A stretch of DNA of 62,342 bases, the filler included, from Globobulimina sp. (taxonomy: Eukaryota), in NCBI GenBank assembly GCA_003354225.1. It is 35 parts of 35 records of this genome, joined end to end, with 100 filler letters (N's around TTAATTAATTAA, not from the genome) between each part and the next. Parts side by side here need not be neighbours in the genome. Positions count along the whole stretch, not along the records: positions 42,829 to 44,512 come from PIVH01013160.1; positions 44,613 to 46,295 come from PIVH01013161.1; positions 46,396 to 48,078 come from PIVH01013162.1; positions 48,179 to 49,861 come from PIVH01013163.1; positions 49,962 to 51,644 come from PIVH01013164.1; positions 51,745 to 53,427 come from PIVH01013165.1; 29 more parts are not named here. One strand, 5' to 3'. A program made the translations under genes and the position numbers. Below are positions 43,134 through 53,297 of this stretch, piece by piece; positions within the stretch are counted from its first letter, which is position 1; each line of letters starts with the position of its first letter. Below the pieces are notes generated by a model. It saw only the letters and a list, made by a program, of their open reading frames with translations, had not been told where the DNA came from and ran no database searches.

Positions 43134-44390
43134 TTGAAGACAATGTCTCAGTTTTGCGAGTTCAATGCAAGATGTGAGACATTAAAACGAATCTCAAACT
43201 ATTTACATTTGTATCAAACCTTGGCACCCACTGATTATTCAATTTTGAATGAAACAAAATACCCATCCATAATTAAAGATTTTCAACATGTTTTGAACAA
43301 TCATTTATTTATAAAACATTTGTCAATGGATACTATTCTGGGGAACTATACTGTACTCAGTCAAACAACAACAAAATATATTAAAAAATGTCAATTAAAA
43401 CAATGCAAAACATTATCTGAGCAGTGGGAAACCATAAATCATGCAATTCGACACAAATTAAACTTACATTACAAAACAATGACAAAATCATTGGAGCGCA
43501 CAAAAGATGAATTTTATACCACTCACATTTCTTTAATGCATTACATATTTGTTCATTTAATTGAATATTCTGCCCATTTGGTGGGGATTACATTGATTGA
43601 CATCCATCGTAAATGTATGGCAATATCTACATTTGACGAAACACGCAAAGAGGAAGCGGATGACAGCGAAAACAGAACAATATTCATTGTAAATGGTTAT
43701 GCCAAACAGATATGGAAACAGTGCAAAATGATAATGTGGTACCCATCGAAAGCTGTACTTGATTTAATTGAATTGTATGTAGACATTGCGGACATATTCG
43801 ATGAAAGATACTGTCATAAAAATATAAAAATTGATCGCAAAACAATTGAATATGAGAATAACAGTTACATTTATTCACAAACAATACGACGGAGCGAAAC
43901 AAGAACAAATGTCTGGTATCATGTGTTTGGTCGCGACATTGTGAAAAAAGGAGATGTAAAAGTATGGAAATTTAAAATCTATTCCTCATTAAATCGCGGC
44001 TCGCTTATCATTGGAATCATTGAATCAAAGCAAAAAAATATCAATATTGGCGGTGCCGGGGTGGATTTCTCGGATTATGAGTATGGATTTGGTCTATGTA
44101 CCGATAATGGAACGGTTTACCACAATGACCGTATAATAAAAAACATGGGCTGGTTGATATGTGGCCGTACCAATGATATTATTGTGATGGAATTAGATAT
44201 GAAATCATTTCAGAATTATGGTGTATTGAAATATAAAATCAATGATAATAAACAAATCACAGTTTATACAGAAATTGATATGGGGAAAAGTTGGCAATTA
44301 GCTGTGGCATTGCATGATAATTCTGAGTTGGCATTGGTACCAAATACAGATCAATATAATGAAGATCAGGATGATGAGACTAGCAAATAA
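43134..44390 (+). CDS. Helical N-terminal region + GY-module + SPRY/B30.2-like domain
   Basis: VFGRDIVKKGDVKVWKFKI, LIIGIIE, TNDIIVMELDM..LKYKIND and WQLAVAL. Confidence 0.78.
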   Translation: MKTMSQFCEFNARCETLKRISNYLHLYQTLAPTDYSILNETKYPSIIKDFQHVLNNHLFIKHLSMDTILGNYTVLSQTTTKYIKKCQLKQCKTLSEQWETINHAIRHKLNLHYKTMTKSLERTKDEFYTTHISLMHYIFVHLIEYSAHLVGITLIDIHRKCMAISTFDETRKEEADDSENRTIFIVNGYAKQIWKQCKMIMWYPSKAVLDLIELYVDIADIFDERYCHKNIKIDRKTIEYENNSYIYSQTIRRSETRTNVWYHVFGRDIVKKGDVKVWKFKIYSSLNRGSLIIGIIESKQKNINIGGAGVDFSDYEYGFGLCTDNGTVYHNDRIIKNMGWLICGRTNDIIVMELDMKSFQNYGVLKYKINDNKQITVYTEIDMGKSWQLAVALHDNSELALVPNTDQYNEDQDDETSK

Positions 44391-44664
44391 TTTTAAATAT
44401 GATAATGTACAAATATGGAGATCGCGGCAAAACGCGTTGGATATAGACGTGGATTGCATGTCTGTCTGGATCACCATTATGACACCATATTTATTTGTAT
44501 GATCACTTTTGTNNNNNNNNNNNNNNNNNNNNNNNNNNNNNNNNNNNNNNNNNNNNTTAATTAATTAANNNNNNNNNNNNNNNNNNNNNNNNNNNNNNNN
44601 NNNNNNNNNNNNTTTTAAAAAGAAAAATTTGTTTGTGTATAATTAAATAACTAGGTTCGAATGA

Positions 44665-44792
44665 AAGAGCATGAGGACCTTTGTCCATAAGTGGTTCTAT
44701 TTTTTGTATCCTCGCACTCAGTGCACAATTTCCCTTTATGTGCGGGGATAGAAAAAAATAGAATACTTATGGACAAAGGTCCTCATGCTCTT
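44665..44792. repeat. Foldback/MITE-like element with perfect 28-bp inverted repeats extending imperfectly to about 53-bp arms
   Basis: AAGAGCATGAGGACCTTTGTCCATAAGT (44665-44692) is the exact reverse complement of 44765-44792. Confidence 0.9.
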
Positions 44793-44878
44793 ACTTCCGA
44801 AAACTAAGACTTAACTAAGTTTTTTTTAGTTGATTCTCTCACGGACTCTCGCCGTGTTTTTAAGTGTTTTGAAAAGCA

Positions 44879-45703
44879 ATGTCTTCAATTTGTCCGCCAC
44901 TTGTTGAATATTTGGTGTTTGGCTATGTCAAAAATGTGGAACAGGAATTCATATTAAGCCATGACGTGCCGTTTGTGATCAAAAAAATGTTCATTCGATA
45001 TTATTTCATCAATGAATATTTTGCAGATATTGGTACCAATATTGTGTTGCGCAAAAATAAAAAATGCGTATCCGTCGCAAAAAACAAATTCCAGACAGCA
45101 TATGGTTCAATAATTATTGATTTCCGACAGAATAAATTCTATAAATGGAAATTTAAAATAATGGATGCAAAACCAGGAAATATTTCTATCGGAATAGATA
45201 AAGTTGATTCATTATTACTGGATGGATGTTTTGCAGCATATGGGCCCCGACATGCATGCATAAATCGGGAAGCATGCAACGGTGATATTATTGTGATGAC
45301 AGTGACTGGCACATCGATGCTCAAAATAAAATTTGACGTTAATGGAGCCATCGATGGATTTTTAGGCGGCGGTGAGTTGGATTGGGAGGGAGGCAAATAT
45401 AAAATGGCAGTCTCAGTCAGTCAAAATGCTACAATTGAATTGATGGATTATATTGAAATTGAGATTGATAATTTTAAGGATACGAAATTAAATTCATTTG
45501 ATACATTTCTGCAGAATGTTGATTATGAAAAAGATGCAGAAAATGAAACAGATTTTGTGATTGACTATGATCAAAATGAAGTGCAAGATGTAGATATTGG
45601 TTTAACGCAATTTGATCAGGACATAAACTCGCAATTTGATGCAAATGAAACACAGGATGTGGATGTTGCGTTAACTGAATTTGATCCAAACATAAATGAA
45701 TAA
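44879..45703 (+). CDS. GY-module + SPRY/B30.2-like domain + acidic repeat tail
   Basis: TAYGSIII, YKWKFKI, ISIGID, NGDIIVMTV..FDVNG and YKMAVSV. The tail has two copies of DxNExQDVDxxLTxFDxxIN. Confidence 0.78.
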   Translation: MSSICPPLVEYLVFGYVKNVEQEFILSHDVPFVIKKMFIRYYFINEYFADIGTNIVLRKNKKCVSVAKNKFQTAYGSIIIDFRQNKFYKWKFKIMDAKPGNISIGIDKVDSLLLDGCFAAYGPRHACINREACNGDIIVMTVTGTSMLKIKFDVNGAIDGFLGGGELDWEGGKYKMAVSVSQNATIELMDYIEIEIDNFKDTKLNSFDTFLQNVDYEKDAENETDFVIDYDQNEVQDVDIGLTQFDQDINSQFDANETQDVDVALTEFDPNINE

Positions 45704-45723
45704 ATTTTCTTTGCCAGTCCAGT

Positions 45724-46044
45724 GTGCCTTTACGAAACTCAATGTCTGCCTTCTTGGTCGAATTGATAGACCAGTTATTGAATAAAATCCAATATAGCCA
45801 AGATAGAATTTTATTGCACAACGTCTCATATAACCAAGCTGTTCAAGACGACAGTAAATCATTTGATGCATCATTAACCGGGGGATACAGTTTGTGGTTG
45901 TTAAGTATCCTAGTAATAACGGCCCAGTGGATTGATAAAAAGGCTGTTCAAAGTAAGCTAAACAAGTTAACGAATCAGGTGTTTACTAAGTCCTTAGTTA
46001 AAAATAAAGGACGGGTAACACTGGCTGAACTGTTAAAGCAATAG
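45724..46044 (+). CDS. Possible bacterial gene 3' fragment
   Basis: ORF followed immediately by an intrinsic-terminator-like hairpin; sequence style differs from the upstream gene. Confidence 0.3.
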   Translation: MPLRNSMSAFLVELIDQLLNKIQYSQDRILLHNVSYNQAVQDDSKSFDASLTGGYSLWLLSILVITAQWIDKKAVQSKLNKLTNQVFTKSLVKNKGRVTLAELLKQ

Positions 46045-46051
46045 TTATCAT

Positions 46052-46099
46052 AAAGCGGTAGGCTGCTAGGTAATAAGGTGCAGCTAGCCGCTTTTTTTT
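46052..46099 (+). terminator. Rho-independent terminator-like hairpin
   Basis: Imperfect AAGCGGTAGGCTGC / GCAGCTAGCCGCTT stem followed by a T8 run, about 8 bp after a stop codon. Confidence 0.5.
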
Positions 46100-46395
46100 C
46101 ATTTCTTTCTGGAGCTTTTAGTGACCAGCATTACGTATTAGAAATTATCGAAATCTTTGCTGGCTGAATAATTTCACCAACTTCAATATAGTAAATTTGG
46201 AGCAATGCGGCTTTAACAAGATAGAGATAGCATTAAAAATTAACTGAGTAAGTCACAATCGAGGGTGCCTAATCCAAACTCAAATAAGGATTTTANNNNN
46301 NNNNNNNNNNNNNNNNNNNNNNNNNNNNNNNNNNNNNNNTTAATTAATTAANNNNNNNNNNNNNNNNNNNNNNNNNNNNNNNNNNNNNNNNNNNN

Positions 46396-47983
46396 GATGC
46401 AACAATAGTTCTTCCATTTTGTCCCGGAGGAATATTTTGTTCATTTTCAGGAGAAATTCTAACACCATCAATAGTAAATGGTTGTTCTATAGCAAAACTA
46501 CCTCCAGCATTGGCTGCATCAATAGCCTGAACACTCCAAACATAATTACCAGGCACTAAATGAAGTGTATGTGTATTACTTTGGATTGGACCTCTTTGTG
46601 ATATTAATCGTTTCCCATTAAGGGATTCATTTTGCCTAAAAGAGTTTACAGGATTAATATATTTATTTGAGTCTATGTCATAAACATAAAGATTATAGGA
46701 CAATCCTTTGGTTTGATTATTATCTGAGGCTTCATTCCAACTGAGAGTTACTTCATTTGCGTTAACAGTACTTTGTAATTAGCAATCTCATCAGGCGTAC
46801 TGTTTACTGTTAAAATTTCATTTCTGTAAATTTTTGAAACCCATTCTGAGCCAGTATACCCAATTATTAATATATCTAAATCCCCATCATTATCATAATC
46901 CCCACATGCTACATTGCTATTTTCCAAATCAGTAACTGAGGCATCTACAAGTTCAGTAAAATTTCCATTACCAGTATTGATGTATATTTTTGTTACAGGA
47001 TTATAATTAGCTTCACCTGTTAAAATTATATCTAAATGGCTATCGTTATTGAAATCTGCCCAGGAAACTTTAGCATCTTGCACATTTATTAGCGGAATAC
47101 CAATTTGCTCTACGAAATTGTTTTCACCATTATTCTTGTAGATTTTGGTTATTTCTCCATCTATAGAACGTCCTGTCATTAATATATCTAAATCCCCATC
47201 ATTATCATAATCACCCCAGGCAGAACAACTAAATGATATGTTGGTTAGTTCAATATCACTTTGTTCTACAAAAACACTTTTCCCATCGTTTCTATAAATG
47301 ATGGTGTTTCGATAATTATTTGAGGCATAGCCAGTTAGTAGGATGTCTAAATCTCCATCATTATCATAATCACCCCAATCTCCATTTCCATACGAAGTAT
47401 TGAGAATTTCAATGTTCACTTGCTCTATAAAACCATCCACTCCGTTATTTTTGTATATTTTTGTAACAGGATCTGTATCATTCGGCGTTCCTGCTTTCCC
47501 AGTTAAAAGAAGATCAAAATCTCCATCATTGTCATAATCACCCCAATCTATAGTACCATAATATACCCCAGTAATTACAATGTTTTTCCTTTCTATGAAT
47601 TGAACCCCATCATTATTTTCATAAATATTTGTGATATATTCTGCTCCGGTATATCCTGCAATTGAAATATCCAAATCGTTATCGTTGTCAAAATCTATCC
47701 ATTTTACGGTACAATTTCTTACTCCAATTAGATTAATTTGGGTTTGTTCGGAAAAACTATTATCTCCATTATTCTTATAAACCCTAGATATATTATCATT
47801 CCCTGTATAACCAGCTAATAAAATATCCAGATCTCCGTCGTTGTCATAATCACCCCAATCAACGCTGCCCAAACCGACTCCTTCTAAAGAAATGCTTGTT
47901 TGTTCAGTAAACTCTTGAGCAATTAAATAATTTCCTACTATTAGAAAGCTGAAAATTGCAAGAAGTGATTTAAACTTTTTCAT
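46396..47983 (-). CDS. Bacterial secreted FG-GAP/VCBS-repeat protein with FN3-like domain (Bacteroidota style); 1-bp frameshift near 46777
   Basis: Signal peptide MKKFKSLLAIFSFLIVGNYLIAQ and seven WGDYDNDGDLD-type repeats. A shifted frame continues LQSTVNANEVTLSWNEASDNNQTKGLSYNLYV into ORF 46344..46703. Confidence 0.9.
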
Positions 47984-48178
47984 AATTACATTTGATTAAT
48001 AAACATTAGGGATTGTTGAAAGAAAGGTCGTTGAAATCTAAATCATTCAATAATTATCTTTTTCAAATAAGTATTTTTNNNNNNNNNNNNNNNNNNNNNN
48101 NNNNNNNNNNNNNNNNNNNNNNTTAATTAATTAANNNNNNNNNNNNNNNNNNNNNNNNNNNNNNNNNNNNNNNNNNNN

Positions 48179-49852
48179 GATATTAGCTACGGTTGACACC
48201 GCCTTGAATGGCAGCAATGCGATATTGGATTTTACCGAGAAAGAGAAGCAAATATGTTATACGCCGGAAGGGGCGTTATGTACTTTTGAAGATGATCATA
48301 AATCGCGTTCTGAGGCTGACAAAGCGCGAAAAGGCAAACGGAAACGCAAGAAAAGGCCAACCAATCTCGGTCTGAAAGGAAAGAACACCAAAGGTACGGC
48401 AGTGACGGATAAATTATTGGTGCAAAAGGTGCGGGAAAAGGGCACAAAGCGATTGATAACAGACGAAGAATGGGAGGAAGAGCAGCGGAGAGAAATTGCC
48501 CTCAAATCGGGTGCGGCGGAGAAGGAACGACAAGTTTTAATTGAACAGCAGTCGACGGTGCGGCGGAAATTAGAAACGATTCGTTTCCGCTTATTTTCTG
48601 TATTTCGCTTATTTAAAAGACTGATAATGATAAATAGGAAGGACTTCGCAGAGTATTTGAGTTTGAAATATTTGAAGTTTATAGTCCCGTTTAGTGTGTC
48701 TGAGTTGTTGCGGCAGAATATCGCGGATGGCATGAATGTGATATTAAATAGTTTTAGTGCGCCCATTCGAAAACAGTCCAATACCTTCGCTGCGTTGCTG
48801 ATTAAGCATTACGTGCATAAACAGAAATTGTTTGAGGACAACGAGGTGCGGTCTATGATTGTTAGGACGATGGAGCAGTTGAAGAAAGACTCGGAGGTGC
48901 CAGATATTCGCGTGATGTTTAGCAAAATAAAGAGGCGGCGGAGGTTTGACAGGAATAAGGAGGGTGGAAAGGGAGAGGGAGCGCCTGTACATAGAGGGAG
49001 AGGAAGGGGACGAGGTAGAGGTCGTGGCAGAGGTCGAGGTGTGTCCGCATTGAGAGGACGAGGAAGAGGCAGAGGTCGAGGAAGGGGAAGAGGTCGAGGA
49101 AGAGGTGTGGTGACTGCACCTGCGCCCTCTCGTATGCCTGAAGAGAAAAAGGTTTGTGTTGGTCTGATATATGCACTTTATTTAGATGCTGAAATACGAA
49201 GTTTCTAAATGTATTTTATTTGCATAAAGGCAAAGTGCTAGATTTTGTTTGGATATATCTTTAAATTCAATATGATATATTAATGACTTTTTGTATATGT
49301 TTTTAGGGCGAAGATGATGAGGAAGATGCGGATCTATTTACAGCTTCATATGATACAACCAATAGATGGAGCATTGCTTCATTTGTCGCGTTATTTCCCT
49401 TTATGGAGAGTTGTTTGATGGATGTTGTGGATCCAAGAAGGAAAAACAACAAACTTAAATATAAAATATCCAAATTATTTCCAAATTGGATATTATCGCT
49501 CATCATTCACCAATGCCATGCTGCGTTAAATGTCAATATAAATGGACTAAAATTCCCCTGTTATCGCGTCTCGTATGTCTTATTAAAATGCATTGAATAT
49601 TTCCCCGCCTGCGCTAAAGCAATAAGTTACGGGTTATGTCAATTAAGTCCTTCGATGCGCGAACGGCCAGAAAATACCGCTTCAAACACCGATGACCTGA
49701 AAGAGGAACTAAATAACAGTGAGCTGCGAGCCATATTACATCGCGACGGCTGTTTAGCGAAAGTGGCGCGATGTCGTAAAGCCGCCTTACTGGCATTGTC
49801 ATTAAACGAATGTGTATTATATCCTCAATCCAATTTAGTAAAATCGTATTGA
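48179..49852 (+). CDS. GCN1: GCN1 (eIF2-alpha kinase activator, HEAT repeats), internal fragment; intron 49152-49306
   Basis: ICYTPEGAL, EEWEEEQRREIALK..QQSTVRRKL, SFVALFPFM and ELRAIL..GCLAKVARCRKAALLAL are collinear with the GCN1 mid-region (recalled). The splice is in frame. Confidence 0.7.
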
Positions 49853-50470
49853 GAAAAATTANNNNNNNNNNNNNNNNNNNNNNNNNNNNNNNNNNNNNNN
49901 NNNNNTTAATTAATTAANNNNNNNNNNNNNNNNNNNNNNNNNNNNNNNNNNNNNNNNNNNNCTATACAATATTATCAATATTTTCGACAGAGTTTTGGTT
50001 TGAGGTTACAGTCTGCATAAAAAATCTCCGAAAAAAACGTCAATATCAATATCTCACCGCAAAACTGGAACTCTTCCGATACTTAGCCTTGCGTTTATCC
50101 ACCACGCCGTAAAAACGTATGACAACATCGCATTGAAAAGGTAATACACTTTCCAAGTCGCCATTTTCTGCGCTGATTTTGGAAATAAATCGCGTCGCAG
50201 CCACCAAATATTGCGATATCAATTTGATACTATCATTTATTTTCACTTCCGGTGCGAATTGAAAATTTGGCGCAATTCTGTGGGATTATTATAATTATCA
50301 TGAATATGCTGCATTTACTTCAAACTAAGTCAACATTCTTAATTTCCCGCAATTGTTTCTATGGACTGTTTCCTACCAAATAACATTCAGTTTATTCTAG
50401 TATCGGATTTAAATTTGATCCAATCCAAATATTTAAGGCATATTTGAATTGCATTCGAATGAACTGAATG

Positions 50471-51253
50471 TTATTTGGCAATCATTAGGAAAGAATTAAG
50501 AATGCGCAACTTATTTGGAAACAACTTTAAAATTACATATACAGTGTACCTGTTACAGTAACTCACAATGGCTTGCTTTAGTTCTTCTGCTTTATTTGGA
50601 TCCCGTTTGGATAGGTTTTGGCAGTATGTGTTGGATAGAAACCAGTCGTTAAGAGACAATGCACAATTTGTGCCATCAAAATTATATTTGACCCTATCCC
50701 GCTGGAAGGAGTCAACCATATATCGAAGGTATGGAAAGCCATTATTAACGCGAGAGACAGTTAGTAAATTCATGAGGGACTGTTCATGAATGCCATGGAA
50801 ACCCAATGTGTGGTAAACATGTTTGGTGTAGATATCAACTGATTGTTTGAAATCGTTTTGCTCAAAATGCAATTTTATATTTTTTGGATGGGGATATTTG
50901 TGGTTTGGATCGCGTTTTATTTTTCCTTTTGTGAGGCGAGAGACACTTAATATTTTTAGGATTTTATAGATTTCATTTTGTTTTAATACTTGAATGTCTG
51001 CCTCGGCATCATTTTCTGCTTTGATTTCAAATGAAAATGGAAAATCATCGGCGTTGCAATAATCGACTAAAGTGCAGGTATCTGCTGGATGTTGCAGCTC
51101 GTCGATGACATCCGTTTCATCAAAGCCTTGTTCATCGCACCATTCAGAGAATAAGCCTGGTTTGTGCTCACCATTTGGGTAATAATCATCTCTGCCTTGT
51201 TTGGTGTATAGTTCGCCTAATCCTTTGTCGATTCGCTGAATTGTGGTCGTCAT
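50471..51253 (-). CDS. Hypothetical protein with an unnamed ~70-aa N-terminal domain; probably further exons downstream
   Basis: ATG-initiated 260-aa ORF; the N-terminal domain is shared with the divergent gene at 51315. Confidence 0.7.
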   Translation of the reverse strand: MTTTIQRIDKGLGELYTKQGRDDYYPNGEHKPGLFSEWCDEQGFDETDVIDELQHPADTCTLVDYCNADDFPFSFEIKAENDAEADIQVLKQNEIYKILKILSVSRLTKGKIKRDPNHKYPHPKNIKLHFEQNDFKQSVDIYTKHVYHTLGFHGIHEQSLMNLLTVSRVNNGFPYLRYMVDSFQRDRVKYNFDGTNCALSLNDWFLSNTYCQNLSKRDPNKAEELKQAIVSYCNRYTVYVILKLFPNKLRILNSFLMIAK

Positions 51254-51314
51254 TGTCGTTCAGTAAAGTCACTTCAACAAAACTTCAATATCAATAGATT
51301 GTTTCTATCAAATC

Positions 51315-51644
51315 ATGGCAGCCAACGTTAACATTGATAAAATAGATAAAGCACTGCAAATGTATTATGAACAATTGAATCAACAATATTTGGATGCTGA
51401 TGGTATTGGCAAATTCAACGCATTTTGTGTTTAGTATCAAATATATTTTGTTCTTTGTTTTTGATATAATATTATTTGCAATATTGTAGGAGGAGAATGG
51501 CTTTGAAGTTATGATAGCAACTACTTGCATATTAGTATGTTATTTTAATATAGAAATACTATTTAATAATAGGAGGACGATATAAACACGGAAATGGAGA
51601 TGGAAAATGCCGAAGATTGCGTATTGGTCGATTTCGATGAATCA
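51315..51644 (+). CDS. Gene with a paralogous N-terminal domain; exons 51315-51428, 51490-51507 and 51573-end; 3' truncated
   Basis: Phase-0 GT-AG introns of 61 and 65 bp give MAANVNIDKIDKALQMYYEQLNQQYLDADGIGKFNAFC-EENGFE-EDDINTEMEMENAEDCVLVDFDES. Not in the ORF track. Confidence 0.8.
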
Positions 51645-51744
51645 NNNNNNNNNNNNNNNNNNNNNNNNNNNNNNNNNNNNNNNNNNNNTTAATTAATTAA
51701 NNNNNNNNNNNNNNNNNNNNNNNNNNNNNNNNNNNNNNNNNNNN

Positions 51745-52008
51745 ACGAGAGTATATTCGTTACTTTGTCAGTTAAAAGAAAAGAATGACAATTTGAATAT
51801 AAATAAGATTATAATATTTTTTGTGTTGAAAAGTCATTATCATTTGAAGGACAGTGATGATTTAAAAACAAATATAAATATAAATATAAAAGAGATTTTT
51901 AATTTTTGCAATAAATTGAATGTCGCTCCACAAACTGTCAACAAAATACATGAAATTATAAGGCAAGAAATTAATTTACAGGATGGCTATGATGAGGTGT
52001 TTGTATAA
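51745..52008 (+). CDS. C-terminal fragment of a hypothetical protein
   Basis: Frame is open from the contig start to the stop at 52008. Confidence 0.4.
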   Translation, partial: TRVYSLLCQLKEKNDNLNINKIIIFFVLKSHYHLKDSDDLKTNININIKEIFNFCNKLNVAPQTVNKIHEIIRQEINLQDGYDEVFV

Positions 52009-52025
52009 AACAATGTTATGCATAT

Positions 52026-52721
52026 TTATTTTTTCAGTTGCAATTGTGCGTCAGTCATTAATTGAAATAACGTATCTTCATTGCCATCCAAATTATGATA
52101 TCTCGCGATTCTATCAAATAATTGTTTATATAATGATGCATTGCTATCGGTATACATTTTTATTTTACGTCTCAATGCGTCAATCTCTTTTGAAGTGGCA
52201 TCGATTAAGTTATACTTTGAATCCTTCAGCTCTTGATATAAAACTTTGAAATTTCTTGTTTCCTTAACATATTTTGTGACTTCTTCCTCCCACGCTTCGT
52301 TTACTATTGCTATTTGGAGCTGCGCTTTGTCGCTCTCCTCGCCATCTTTCAACTCTTCGATTTCATTTTGGAGATCTTCACATTCTGCCCGCGAATCTTC
52401 CGATGTTCGCTTTTCTGTTAAAAACCTTGATTTCCAATTATCAATTTTAACATTAAAATTATCATTATTTTGCAATTGATATTTCTCAATTTGTTTCCTC
52501 AAGTTTTCCACCAATTTCATTCCTAATTTATTTGTTTCAGCCATTTTATCATTTTCCTTTTGATAATGTTTAATTAATTTTAGACCTTTTTCTTCTCTTT
52601 TCCCCCATTCAATTCTTTCAATTTGCACACTCCGAAATAATTTCATATACTCTGCCCTCCAAACTTCAACTTGTTCATTTATGGTCATTGTATCATTGAT
52701 AAAATCCAAACGTATTTCCAT
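52026..52721 (-). CDS. Coiled-coil protein
   Basis: E/K-rich heptad pattern. The likely start is MEIRLDF at 52721 or the next Met. Confidence 0.6.
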   Translation of the reverse strand: MEIRLDFINDTMTINEQVEVWRAEYMKLFRSVQIERIEWGKREEKGLKLIKHYQKENDKMAETNKLGMKLVENLRKQIEKYQLQNNDNFNVKIDNWKSRFLTEKRTSEDSRAECEDLQNEIEELKDGEESDKAQLQIAIVNEAWEEEVTKYVKETRNFKVLYQELKDSKYNLIDATSKEIDALRRKIKMYTDSNASLYKQLFDRIARYHNLDGNEDTLFQLMTDAQLQLKK

Positions 52722-52811
52722 TTTGTAGCAATGCAAAGCAGAATAGAATGCAAAGCAGAATTTTAATAGAATACAAAGCACAACAAAAAAACTTTTGAGG
52801 ATCATCAAAAT

Positions 52812-53297
52812 ATGCAAAACCTGTTACTAAAACGCACATGTTTCATTATAAAGCAAGGATATTTGTCAAATTATAAATATGTCATAAGATTGCATGCTTC
52901 CAATACCACAAATAATGAAAGTTGCATTACGTTGCGGTGGATAAAAGACGGTGATGACTGTAATGATAAGAGTACAGTAATAGTAACAACGAATGTAGCC
53001 ATTGGGATATCTCTGTTAGAAGCAGCGCATAAAAACGGTATTGATTTGGAAGGTGCATGCGAATCTTCATTGGCATGTTCAACATGTCATGTAATTTTAG
53101 AGGACAATATTTATGACAAACTGGATGAACCAAATGATGATGAATATGATATGTTAGATTTAGCATTTGGTTTAAAAGAAACCTCAAGATTGGGATGCCA
53201 AATTATTTTAAATCAATCAATGGATAACATGTTAATTACATTGCCAACTGCAACACGGAATTTTTATATCGATGGACACAAACCACAGCCACATTAA
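52812..53297 (+). CDS. Mitochondrial adrenodoxin-type [2Fe-2S] ferredoxin (Yah1/FDX2-like)
   Basis: EGACESSLACSTCHV, DMLDLAFGLKETSRLGCQI and NFYIDGHKPQPH; basic transit-peptide-like N-terminus. Confidence 0.95.
   Translation: MQNLLLKRTCFIIKQGYLSNYKYVIRLHASNTTNNESCITLRWIKDGDDCNDKSTVIVTTNVAIGISLLEAAHKNGIDLEGACESSLACSTCHVILEDNIYDKLDEPNDDEYDMLDLAFGLKETSRLGCQIILNQSMDNMLITLPTATRNFYIDGHKPQPH

Noticed and set aside
52722-52817. Hydrophobic N-terminal extension of ORF 52026..52817 overlapping the ferredoxin start
   Set aside because: More simply explained as stop-free AT-rich intergenic DNA; the coiled-coil protein probably starts at 52721 or later.
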